From assembly GCF_001194135.2 (NCBI RefSeq), contig NC_068982.1, positions 72,756,199-72,793,281 of the forward strand: a stretch of DNA of 37,083 nucleotides, in the 5' to 3' direction. Of the stretch, positions 25,956 to 37,083 are shown piece by piece; position 1 is the first letter of the stretch; each line of letters begins with the position of its first letter. This DNA comes from Octopus bimaculoides (Eukaryota). The notes beneath the pieces were generated by a model. That model saw only the letters and a list, made by a program, of their open reading frames with translations. It searched no databases and had not been told where the DNA came from. A program made the position numbers and the translations under genes.

Positions 25956-26811
25956 CATGAGGGGGTACCCAAGAGTAACCAGAAATGCTCTCCGTGGGAC
26001 AAACTCATTGTAGTTGGGATTTCTGCCATTAGAAGCTACTTGATGTGACTGGCAGCATTGAGTGAGATCGTACTGCCATGTGGTGCATCTTTGTTTTGTA
26101 GTGCTTCTCTCCTGTTTGTCAATCTTTGTGTTGGCTGAAATGAAGGAACAGCATGCTTCCGTGAAATTCTGTTTTCTGCTAGGGAAAATGGCAGCTGAAA
26201 CAGTTGTCATGCTTCAAAGAGCTTACAAGACCACTGCCACAAGTTTCCAAGTGGTTTCCACACTTCAGGAATGGTCACTTGTCACTTGAGGACCAACCTC
26301 ATTCAGGATGACCGTCAACCTTCCAAATGAACGAAAACATCATGAAGATTCAAGAACTGATCTTGGTGGATCATCAACGAACACATAGACAAACTTTGTT
26401 GATATGAGTGGTGTGTCCTGGAGCTCCTGCCAACGGAATTTTGAGCGAAGAATTGCAAATGAAAAGAGTTACAGCAAAATTTGCGCCTCGCTTGCTGAAT
26501 GCATGTTGTGAACTTAAAGAACAGTTGGAAGTTGATCCAGACCTGTTTTGAAGGTTATTACTGGTGACGAAAGCTGGGGCTACAGAATTTGCAGATATAG
26601 CAGAGGTGAAGAGAACAAACAATGGAGGCGTTAAAAGGCATCACTTTGCAAGAATTTCAATACTACTTCAAACAGTGGAAAGCACATCTGGACTGATGCA
26701 TTGCTTCAAATGGAGAATACTTTGAAGGCAATAAAAGTGTAAACAGGTAAAAAAAAAGTGAATAAAATAATATTACAAAATTCTGGGTTTTTTTAGGTAC
26801 CCCCTCATTTA
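25954..26811 (+). mobile_element. Mariner-type DNA transposon, internally deleted and frameshifted
   Basis: About 30-bp imperfect TIRs (TACATGAGGGGGTACCCAAGAGTAACCAGAA vs reverse complement of TTCTGGGTTTTTTTAGGTACCCCCTCATTTA) with terminal TA. Transposase remnants EQHASVKFCFLLGKMAAETVVMLQRAYK, MKRVTAKFAPRLL, KVITGDESWGY and C-terminal NGEYFEG; most of the DDD domain is deleted. Confidence 0.9.
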
Positions 26812-27254
26812 TAGATATATCTTTCTTTCTGTTTATATTAGATAGATTACTATATACTAATAACCTGTTATTGCTTGAAAATTAGCTCTTTTAATATACG
26901 TCTTTTATTGTAGTTTAAGTTGTTTTTTTTGCAACTACACCTATGTATGTATTTACTGGAGTGTGGCGAGCATTTTGATTTTAACAATCTATGCTCTGAT
27001 ATACACAACATTATTTACATGTCTTGCAGTACATCTAGTACACTAATGCTTAATTGGATAAACTTCTTTAAACTATACACAGACACACACACACCCACAC
27101 ACAGTATATTTCCAAAAGAACAGAAGAGGAATTCTAACAAACTGGAAATATTAGTTCTATTTTCTCTCAGTCATTATCTGGCATAAAGTCAGCTTTCTCA
27201 ATACTGGTCCCACCACAGATGAGGGTCTTGCCTTGCAATTTACTCAGTGACTTC

Positions 27255-27625
27255 ACTAAAAAGCACCCAGTACACATTGTAAAGCGGTTGGTGTTAAGAA
27301 GAGCATCCAGCCATAGAAATCATGTCAAAGTAGACATTGAAGTTTGATACACTGTTCAACCCAAGCCTGCATGGAAAACGAACATTAGATGATGATTATG
27401 AGAGAGTGCCTCATCTTGTGGGTGCCAAATAAAAAGCACCCAGTACAGCATCCTACAAAATGGTTGGTGTTATGAAGGGCATCCAGCTATAGAAGTCATA
27501 TCAAAGATACTGTACTTTGGTGTGTCCTCTGGCTTGCCAGTTCCTGTCAAACTGCCCAACCCATACCAGTATGGAAAACAGATATTAAACAAAAGATGAT
27601 GATGATGACGATGATGATGATGATA
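27255..27625 (+). mobile_element. Two tandem RTE-tailed SINE 3' fragments
   Basis: AAAAAGCACCCAGTAC...GGTTGGTGTT..GAAG.GCATCCAGC...ATGGAAAAC occurs twice, ending in (GAT)n. Confidence 0.7.
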
Positions 27626-28187
27626 TTGAGGTTGAAAAGATGAATGACACTGGAAAATGTTGGAATTGGGACAAATCCTCCCATATTTCTGGCAACATGT
27701 GGCAAATTAACATAACTTCAAAACAATGATTTTATTTGAGAGATAACAGGATAATAGGTCTAATTACTTTATGATAGTTGTTTAGACTGTACTCTAGTAC
27801 AGTAATTAAATCTGTATGTATATAACATAATTGTCTATATAACAGACAGAGTGCTGTTGAATTGATATAATAGTAGTTTGGAGGGATGTCTAACACTGTT
27901 GTCATCATCACTGTCCTATTTTCCATTCTGGCATGATTGAATGATTTGAGAGAAGCTGGCAAGCCAGAGAACAGTACTGAATGTCAGTGTCTGTTTTGGC
28001 AGGTTTTCTACAGCTGGATGCCTTACCTAACATTAACCACTTGACAGAGTGTGATGGGTGGTTTTTTCATGTAGTCCTAGCACAAAGAAAATCTGTAGAG
28101 TAACTTGCAAGGCAAGCCCTCACTCAACTGAGGTGAGATTAGTACTGAGGGAGCATGAATTTGTAAAAATAAGGCAGAGGAGGAGGG

Positions 28188-28680
28188 GCATGATGGCTGT
28201 GTAGTTAAGAAATTTGCTTCACAAACCACACAGTTTCGGGTTCAGTCCCACTGTAGAGCACCTTGGGCAAGTCCTTCACAGTAGCCCTGGAGTGACGAAG
28301 GCCTTGAGTGTAGTTTTGGTAGATGGAAACTAAAAGAAGCATGTCATGTATGTGTGTGTGTGTGTGTGTGTGTGTCCTTGTCTTGACATCATGTACTAAT
28401 TGTCAACTGTAGACTATTCAAAACAAACAGAACCTAATCTTGCATTCTTTCCTTGTCTTGTGAGCTACATGGTGACCTTACTAGTGCTGGTGTTATGAAA
28501 AGAAAGCACCCAGTACACTCTGTAAAATGGCTGACATTTGAAAAGGCATCAAACCATAGAAACCATGCCAAAGCTGACAGGGGAGCTTGATACAGGCCTG
28601 AGGCTTGTTGGCTTCCATCAAACTGCCCAATTCATGCCAGTATGGAAAATGAATGTTAAATGATGATGATGATGATGATT
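28188..28680 (+). mobile_element. tRNA-SINE with RTE-type tail ending in (GAT)n
   Basis: Head GGCTGTGTAGTTAAG..GGGTTCAGTCCCACTG, internal (TG)n, tail AAAGCACCCAGTACACTCTG...ATGGAAAATGAATGTTAAATGATGATG. Confidence 0.8.
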
Positions 28681-28809
28681 CTTATCCTTATTTTCTTTTT
28701 CTATCCCCTTCAACATTTCATATATATAACATATATGTGTGTGTATGTGTGTGTACATACATACATACATTATATATATATATATATATACACACACACN
28801 NNNNNNNNN

Positions 28810-29319
28810 AGATGAAGAGACCCCATACGATATCAAGTGGAAGATCTTAGAACGGCCTGGACCCTATATCAATGGGAGTGTGCACTGCAAGCTCTGCATA
28901 GCTGAGCAAGCTAGAATACTCAAAGACTCCCTGAGACTGGATCACTGAATGCTTGCTAAAAAATCTTCACACCATGCATCCATTTCAAGTGCTACCTGCT
29001 GCAAGCATGGAATTCCCTGTTCACTGACTAAGCCTGGAAGAGTCCTTCAATCCAATAGCAACCCAAGGGATAGATCCCTTATTCCCTTCTTCAGGTCCAT
29101 AAATAGCTGGTCTAAGGGATATAACCTGTCCTCACTAATGCCGGATCTTTTATTTTCTGATGACCAATTTACCAGTAACCATAATGGCTTACTACCTCCC
29201 AGAGGTGATTAATTAATTTTGTCTTCGGGCTAGAGTCTGATGAATCATCCACAAAGCTACAGCATTCATGGACGTGAAACTATTAGTCACTTTATGACCA
29301 GACATCAACTTCATTATTT

Positions 29320-29320
<1 letters not shown>
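28810..29320 (+). mobile_element. Penelope-like retroelement 3' fragment (GIY-YIG endonuclease C-terminus plus HHR-bearing pLTR), flanked by (TA)n
   Basis: Frame from 28811 reads DEETPYDIKWKILERPGPYINGSVHCKLCIAEQARILKDSLRLDH*MLAKK...TCCKH, matching the PLE EN C-terminal pattern YxIxWxIL..Y..CxLC..E..I..CxH. One in-frame stop; frame stays open to 29212; HHR follows; 5' side lost in an N gap. Confidence 0.8.
29231..29295 (+). ncRNA. Type I hammerhead ribozyme motif in the 3' pseudo-LTR of a Penelope-like element
   Basis: Stem I TAGAGT(29231-36)/ACTTTA(29289-94), 6 bp with one G-U. Core CTGATGA 29237-43 and GAAA 29276-79. Stem III ACTA-T-TAGT and GTC triplet 29286-88. Stem II imperfect (TCCA/TGGA). 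Lies about 20 nt after the PLE reading frame. Confidence 0.85.
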
Positions 29321-29361
<41 letters not shown>

Positions 29362-29851
29362 ATAGCCTAGAAACTCGTAAGTTAAATTNNNNNNNNNNNN
29401 NNNNNNNNNNNNNNNNNNNNNNNNNNNNNNNNNNNNNNNNNNNNNNNNNNNNNNNNNNNNNNNNNNNNNNNNNNNNNNNNNNNNNNNNNNNNNNNNNNNN
29501 NNNNNNNNNNNNNNNNNNNNNNNNNNNNNNNNNNNNNNNNNNNNNNNNNNNNNNNNNNNNNNNNNNNNNNNNNNNNNNNNNNNNNNNNNNNNNNNNNNNN
29601 NNNNNNNNNNNNNNNNNNNNNNNNNNNNNNNNNNNNNNNNNNNNNNNNNNNNNNNNNNNNNNNNNNNNNNNNNNNNNNNNNNNNNNNNNNNNNNNNNNNN
29701 NNNNNNNNNNNNNNNNNNNNNNNNNNNNNNNNNNNNNNNNNNNNNNNNNNNNNNNNNNNNNNNNNNNNNNNNNNNNNNNAATATTTTCGTCGCTTTGAGA
29801 CTGCGACCTGTTCACTGACAAAATTCTGTGCTGCATCTATATATATGTTTT

Positions 29852-29894
<43 letters not shown>

Positions 29895-30767
29895 ATAGCC
29901 TAGAAACTCGTAAGTTAAATTTATATGGAAATTACTAAAAGGGTGAGGAATTATATAACAAAATTATACTGGAACTTGCTGCATCATCAACCATGCTTCT
30001 GATTCCTGAGAATACAAAACCCTTCTCATATTTGAATCCCAACAAAGATTTGTTTTGAAAATAAGTTTAAAATGTATAAGTATCATACCTGGTTTGAATA
30101 TTTTATTTCTAAGAAAAATTCTAACTTTTCTAAACACCCAGTATCTCCCTACCTTCCCTGAGTGAGTTCATCATGCTCTCAAAAGGGCACTACTACCCAG
30201 GTCATCATCATCTTAACATCCACTTTTCCATGCTTGCTTGGGTCAGACAGAATCTGTTAAGGCAAATTTTCTATGGCTGGATACTCTTCCTGTCACCAAC
30301 CCTCACCAGTTTCCAAGATGCCATGTAGTGGGACTGAACCCAAAACCACATGGTTGGGAAGCAAGCAGCTTGACTAGATAAGTCTGTACCTACATCTATA
30401 GACAATATTACAAAGAATATTATAAGGGTAGTGTTGTGGTATTCAAACATGTAGAGTTCATGTTGTAGTGCTTACATTATATCAAATAACTGTGATACAG
30501 TTATTTGAAATGAGTAACTGTGCAACTGTTACATGTTTCAGGACATTAAATAAAATGTAAACAAATAGTTGTAAGTCAACGAGCAATAAGGATCAAATGA
30601 ATAAGCAAAAGGGGTCAGTCACTAGGAGTCTGAATAAGTGGTTGGTAATTAGATACATACAGCTGGTAATTAAATACATCAGGTGTTGCATATTATGAAT
30701 ACAGTGACAGGTGAGGAGAATTAGAGAATGAGAAGTGGATTGTAAAATGTCATGAGCTAACAGCATG

Positions 30768-30813
<46 letters not shown>

Positions 30814-31835
30814 TAAAAGGGTAAAAGTTTATCAATTTATTAATTTATTAATAAATTAACAATTAATAATTTTTACCAAGCCCTTCGGTATGTAAACACC
30901 ATTATCGGTGGAGAACTTATTTAAAAGTTCTTATACATTTATAAANNNNNNNNNNNNNNNNNNNNNNNNNNNNNNNNNNNNNNNNNNNNNNNNNNNNNNN
31001 NNNNNNNNNNNNNNNNNNNNNNNNNNNNNNNNNNNNNNNNNNNNNNNNNNNNNNNNNNNNNNNNNNNNNNNNNNNNNNNNNNNNNNNNNNNNNNNNNNNN
31101 NNNNNNNNNNNNNNNNNNNNNNNNNNNNNNNNNNNNNNNNNNNNNNNNNNNNNNNNNNNNNNNNNNNNNNNNNNNNNNNNNNNNNNNNNNNNNNNNNNNN
31201 NNNNNNNNNNNNNNNNNNNNNNNNNNNNNNNNNNNNNNNNNNNNNNNNNNNNNNNNNNNNNNNNNNNNNNNNNNNNNNNNNNNNNNNNNNNNNNNNNNNN
31301 NNNNNNNNNNNNNNNNNNNNNNNNNNNNNNNNNNNNNNNNNNNNNNNNNNNNNNNNNNNNNNNNNNNNNNNNNNNNNNNNNNNNNNNNNNNNNNNNNNNN
31401 NNNNNNNNNNNNNNNNNNNNNNNNNNNNNNNNNNNNNNNNNNNNNNNNNNNNNNNNNNNNNNNNNNNNNNNNNNNNNNNNNNNNNNNNNNNNNNNNNNNN
31501 NNNNNNNNNNNNNNNNNNNNNNNNNNNNNNNNNNNNNNNNNNNNNNNNNNNNNNNNNNNNNNNNNNNNNNNNNNNNNNNNNNNNNNNNNNNNNNNNNNNN
31601 NNNNNNNNNNNNNNNNNNNNNNNNNNNNNNNNNNNNNNNNNNNNNNNNNNNNNNNNNNNNNNNNNNNNNNNNNNNNNNNNNNNNNNNNNNNNNNNNNNNN
31701 NNNNNNNNNNNNNNNNNNNNNNNNNNNNNNNNNNNNNNNNNNNNNNNNNNNNNNNNNNNNNNNNNNNNNNNNNNNNNNNNNNNNNNNNNNNNNNNNNNNN
31801 NNNNNNNNNNNNNNNNNNNNNNNNNNNNNNNATGT

Positions 31836-31871
<36 letters not shown>

Positions 31872-31974
31872 CATCTTTATCATTATGATCATTATCATTA
31901 TTTAATATCTGTATCCCATGCAAGAATGGTTTCTAAGCCCTTCCTAATGCCAACCACTTTCCACAGTGTACTGA

Positions 31975-32005
<31 letters not shown>

Positions 32006-32010
32006 GGTTG

Positions 32011-32039
<29 letters not shown>

Positions 32040-32046
<7 letters not shown>

Positions 32047-32418
32047 TTTTACTTGTTTATATATATATTCTTTTACTTGTTTTAGTCATTTGACTGCAGC
32101 CACCTTTTAGTCAAAGAAATCGACCCCAGGACTTATTCTGTGTAAGCCTGGTGCTTATTATTCTATTGGTCTCTTTTGCTGAACAGCTAATTTACGGGGG
32201 ACATAAACACACCAACATCGGTTGTCAAACGATGGTGGCAAGGAGAAACACAGATACACATAAATACACACACACACACACATATATATAACAGGCTTCT
32301 TTCACAAGGTTTTGGTTGGCCCGAGGCTATAGTAGAAAACACTTGTCCAATGTCCCATACAGTGGGACTGAATCCAGAACCATGTGGTTGGGAAGCATGC
32401 TTCTTACCACAGCCACGC

Positions 32419-32420
<2 letters not shown>
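32040..32420 (-). mobile_element. tRNA-SINE, same family
   Basis: TTTTACTTGTTTTAGTCATTTGACTGC...CAGTGGGACTGAATCCAGAACCATGTGGTTGGGAAGC. Confidence 0.8.
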
Positions 32421-32459
<39 letters not shown>

Positions 32460-33139
32460 ACAAGTTTCTGTTTACCATATTCTCTCAGAAAGCATTAATC
32501 CAAGGCTAAGGTGGAAGGCACTTGTGCAGTAGGACAACAACAATAATAATAATCCTTTCTTTGATAGGCATAAGACTTGAAATGAGGAGGAAGCAAGCTA
32601 GTCAGTTACATGGACCCCAGTGCTTAACTGGTATTTATTTCCTTCACAGCGAAAAGATGAAAGTTAACAAATATCAGCAGAAGGTCAACTCAGACGAAGT
32701 TAACCTCCACAAAATTTGAACTCCAAATGTAAAGAGTCAGAAGAAATGCTGCTCAGCATTTTGTTCAGCGTGCTAACAGTTCTGCCAGCTCAACTGTTTC
32801 ACATTTCATATGACATTGATGATGATGTTGAGGATGATGATGATGTTGATGATAATGTCGATGATGATGTTGATGATGCAGTTTCAATTTCAGTAGTGTT
32901 TGTACACTGATCAAAAGCAACAATAGACCAGAGCTTTTAAAAGTGAGAGTGAAGCATGATGGGACTATGTTTGATGTTTGTAACTTTACCAAAGGTGTTA
33001 AAGATATCGCTACTGACAGATTGAAACAGTGTGTTAGGCATTTGCGTTGGTAGAACTTCAGGTCACTTTGAGCACATGGTGTACAATGAATAGATGGAAT
33101 ATAGATATTCACAGAATTTCTAGGCTATAAACAATAGAA

Positions 33140-33680
33140 TGCGAAGACAGAGCGAAGAAAATGGGGGTGGGGGATTGGTAATGAGAGTGGCAAAGGGGAA
33201 AGGATGAGGTGGGGGAGAAAGTGAAAGTAGATGAGAATAGGCAGAGAGGGGGTAAGAGTGGGGAGGGATAATGAGAGATAAGAAAGGGTCAGTGGGAGAT
33301 GGAGGGAGGGAGGGAGGTAGCAAGAGATAAGGAGAGAGAAGCAACTAAATAGGGAGGGATAGTAAATGAGATGAGAGAGGGAGAGGTAATGAGAGATGGA
33401 GGAAGGGGACATTAAGAAATCAAGAGATGGATGTAATGAGAGAGGGAGGGGTGAAGGGAGATGCAGAGGCAGAAGGAAGGAGGGATAGAGAAGGGCTTGC
33501 AATGAGACAGTAAGTGATAGAGAAAGGAAAAAATGAGAGACAAAAGGAAGACATCAACAGACAGTAGAGTGAGACTGTAGTGTGTGGGTGGAGGTAATCT
33601 GAGAGAAGGACAGTGAGATAGATAGAGAAAAACAGAGAGAGAGAAAGAGATAAAAATGAGCAAAAGATAGAGAAATAGGT
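33140..33680. repeat. Polypurine GA-rich low-complexity tract (similar tract at 1160-1400)
   Basis: Strong purine strand bias; explains the spurious L/S/P-rich minus-strand ORFs. Confidence 0.85.
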
Positions 33681-33730
33681 GCAGGAATGGCTATGTGGTA
33701 AGTAGCTTGTTTACCAACCACATGGTTCCG
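33678..33730 (+). mobile_element. tRNA-SINE head (rest in gap)
   Basis: GGTGCAGGAATGGCTATGTGGTAAGTAGCTTGTTTACCAACCACATGGTTCCG. Confidence 0.75.
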
Positions 33731-33962
33731 NNNNNNNNNNNNNNNNNNNNNNNNNNNNNNNNNNNNNNNNNNNNNNNNNNNNNNNNNNNNNNNNNNNNNN
33801 NNNNNNNNNNNNNNNNNNNNNNNNNNNNNNTTAATGAAAAATGTGGCCCCCGTTTTAAAAAAGATCCGTCACTTTTGCTGAACCACTAAGTTAAAGACAC
33901 CAACATCAGCTGTCTGTCAAGCAATGGTAGGGGGACAAACAAAGATACACACGCACGAATAC

Positions 33963-33995
<33 letters not shown>

Positions 33996-34425
33996 AATGA
34001 GTTAGTAGACAAACAAAAGAAAGGCACTCAGCACATTTATTGGGAGTAACATGTATAGCAGCCACTGGGGTCTGAATGAGAGTACATATATACATATATA
34101 TACCCTTATATCTACTGCCCTTTCTTACTTCCCCCAAACCACATGACCAATTTCTTGTCCACCACATAGTCAATTCCCTGTTCACCATGTGGTTGATTTC
34201 CTGTTCACCATGAGGTATTTTCCAACTAATCGTTGTTGCTGAAATACCAACATCAAACCGTATATCGCTTGACCTTTCTAGACCTATCACAGGCTAATGT
34301 CCAATAGTAAACATTGACTCTCTTCAATTGAACTCTCATTCAGAACCCAATGGCTGAAGACTAGCGACATGCTTGAAATTCAGAATACCAAGGAATCTGA
34401 ATGAAACTCTTTTGATCTCTCTCTC

Positions 34426-34478
<53 letters not shown>

Positions 34479-34593
34479 AACAGGCTACTTTCAATTACTG
34501 TCTACCAAATCCACTCACAAGTCTATGGTCAGCCCGAGGCTATAGCAGAAGACACTTGCCCAAGGTGCCATACAGTGAGACTGAACTTGAAAT

Positions 34594-34637
<44 letters not shown>

Positions 34638-35672
34638 CACATATATATACATACCAACATACATACACACACGTATATGTATGTGTATGTATATATATAT
34701 ATATATGATAATGATGTGATAATCTTAATCTCAGCACACATAATCTTGCTTTGGCATTGACAATCTCATTTGTTTTGGAGCTTCTCATCTTGTAGGAAGA
34801 TTGTCATATATATATATATATATATATANNNNNNNNNNNNNNNNNNNNNNNNNNNNNNNNNNNNNNNNNNNNNNNNCAGCATTTCATCTGTCTATGTATA
34901 TATATATTCTTTTATTCTTTTACTTGTTTCAGTCTATGAAGCTGCCCTTCCCCTACTCCACCTTGGGTTTTATAGTCTTGCAAGCTGCATGGTGAACTTC
35001 CTAGTGCAGGTGACACACAAAAAAAAAAAAAAGAAAGAAAAAGCCCCCGGGACCCTAGTACATGTTTTAAAGTGGTTGGCATTAGCAAAGGTATCTAGTC
35101 ACAGAAGCCATGCAAAAGCAGACACTGGATCATTATACATTCCTTGGACCCATCAGGAGACATGGCCAGTAAATGACGATGATTATAATGTACGTGTGTT
35201 GAGATAAAGAGAGGTGCATATCATTATTAAACATCCACTTTTCCATGTTCATAGGGATCAGACAAAATTCATTGAGTCATATTTTCTATGACTGATGCTC
35301 TTGTTTGTCACCTACCCTCATGCTTCTAAAGTAAGGGGACATTTCCCCATGAAAACATGTCCAGTCACAGTGACTGGATGTTTTCGTTAAAGGATTTCAA
35401 ACGAACGACACTGCTCGTACAACAGTGATGTTTATTGACAATTAGCTTGTGATGTCAAGACACGGAGACACAAAAACATACCACTCTCTCTCTCTCTCTC
35501 TCTGACACACACACACATATGACAGGCTTTGATAAAGTAGTTGGTCTTAGGAAACGTATCCTGCCATAAAAAGCAAGTGAAAGATTGTAATTTTGAGACA
35601 GATGTAATCGTTTGGGCCCATCCAGGAGAAATAGCCCAATGATGATGATGATGATGATTTTAGTGATGTCAA

Positions 35673-35877
35673 CTATGATGCTTGTCACATCATTGGCTAT
35701 GATGCTAGGCATGCCAGCTATGATGCTAGTCATGTCAGCTATTATGCTAATCACATCAGCAATGGTTCTAGTCCTTTCACCTATGATGTCAGTTATGATT
35801 GTCATGTCAACTATAACAATAGTCACTCGACTATGACAGTCACGTTAAGTATGCCAACAGTCATATCAACTATGTAG
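35673..35877 (+). repeat. Degenerate ~21-bp minisatellite (CTATGATGCTAGTCATGTCAG) after (GAT)n
   Basis: About 10 units of 12-24 nt, mostly multiples of 3. Confidence 0.75.
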
Positions 35878-37083
35878 CCTTCAACAAGAGCTTTTGAAAA
35901 TGACTCTTTCCACAACTAAATACATCTGCCATCTGCACCACAAGCATCAACAATCCTGGTTGTATTCTTTATAGGAATCACTTCCATTGAGGAACATCCC
36001 TTTCACAAGGCATCTGATAGCACTGATTCTGCAACCCCAAAAGTACCTTACCGAACTAAGGGTTGCAGATGGTCTCATGTACAATTTCAATTAAGGCAGA
36101 ATCATTATGGAATTGGACAAAAAGCTCTATGCTAGTTATTCTCACTTTTTACATCTTGAGTCAAATCCTATAGAGTTCAACACTACTTTTCATCACTCTA
36201 GGTTTGATAAAATAAAGTATCACTCAAGTATAAAGCTTGATGGTAGCAACTAACCCCTTCCCTGAAAATTCCTGGCTTTCTGCCAAAATTAGAAACAATA
36301 TACTTATGAGATAAATGTTTGCAAAATCCTTTAAGTAAAGCAAGTGAGGAGGTGATCAAAGTGAGTATAGTGATGTCAGTAAATGTAAACCAAGAGAAAA
36401 TATATTTACATAGGTTATTTGATGAGCTTATATTTTGGGAAAAATTCTCCTTTCCAAATCCAAGAAAGAAAATAAGCAGATTCCAGAGAAATGTGCTTTT
36501 ATTGGCAGGCCTTTTCAGCGAGTCGTGTAACTTATGATGAAGCTGTAACAAATAACTGGGGAAATCTACTACTATTACAACTACAGCTGTTGCTCCTGTT
36601 ACTACTACCACCACCACTAACACTACAGAGTCAGTGCCAGCAGCTTTTCCTGCATATTTACTTGATTTGTTAATTAATTAGATAATGACCACTAGAATAT
36701 CCCATGCTGTAATCATATTTGTTGCAATCAATTTTATTATTGAATTACATTTGTGATCCATGAGATAAACAAAAAGAATTTCTTGACCACTTAGGAGAGG
36801 TGGTCAGCTAATGAGATTGATCTTAGTTTACATCAAAGTGAGTAATTAGTCTATCACTATGATCTATATAGATAATGAGTTTTCTAATCATAGACACATT
36901 TAGATTAATTCAATATTCTAATACAGTAACTTGTACACAGTAATAGTTAATGTTTGTAATATGGTAACTGATTTTAATATTTCCATACACTAAAGATTAA
37001 AGGATTCAGAAAATGTATCCAAATTTTGGGCACATAATTAATGGAAAAAAAAAAAGGAAAAAAAAAAAAAAAAAAAAAAAAAA

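Noticed and set aside
28946-28948. In-frame TGA in the PLE ORF as possible selenocysteine (known for some Naiad PLEs)
   Set aside because: Not at a recognisable conserved Cys position and no SECIS identified; a CGA-to-TGA decay is simpler.
36028-36069. Perfect 10-bp hairpin TCTGCAACCC/GGGTTGCAGA
   Set aside because: Isolated, 22-nt loop, no supporting context; plausible by chance.
36319-36537. 72-aa ORF as a terminal exon
   Set aside because: No homology recognised and only moderate splice context.

Overview
AT-rich, microsatellite-saturated animal genomic DNA from a gapped draft assembly (six N runs). The SINE families look like those of Octopus; this is recognition from memory, not a database result. 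No intact protein-coding gene can be supported, and the long ORFs in the track are artefacts of N runs or simple repeats. The window is mostly decayed mobile DNA: many tRNA-derived and RTE-tailed SINEs, RTE-LINE fragments, an internally deleted mariner with both TIRs, a Tc1 fragment, a TTAA-flanked piggyBac-type MITE family and a Penelope-like element (PLE) GIY-YIG remnant. The most notable signal is a set of type I hammerhead ribozyme (HHR) motifs. One lies directly behind the PLE endonuclease ORF (29231-29295). One has an unusually large stem II domain and sits inside a head-to-head ~150-bp inverted duplication (23471-23885). One is a minimal core truncated at its cleavage site (21365-21401), and there are weaker relics. 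A few short splice-site-bounded segments may be exons of a long-intron gene but are unproven.
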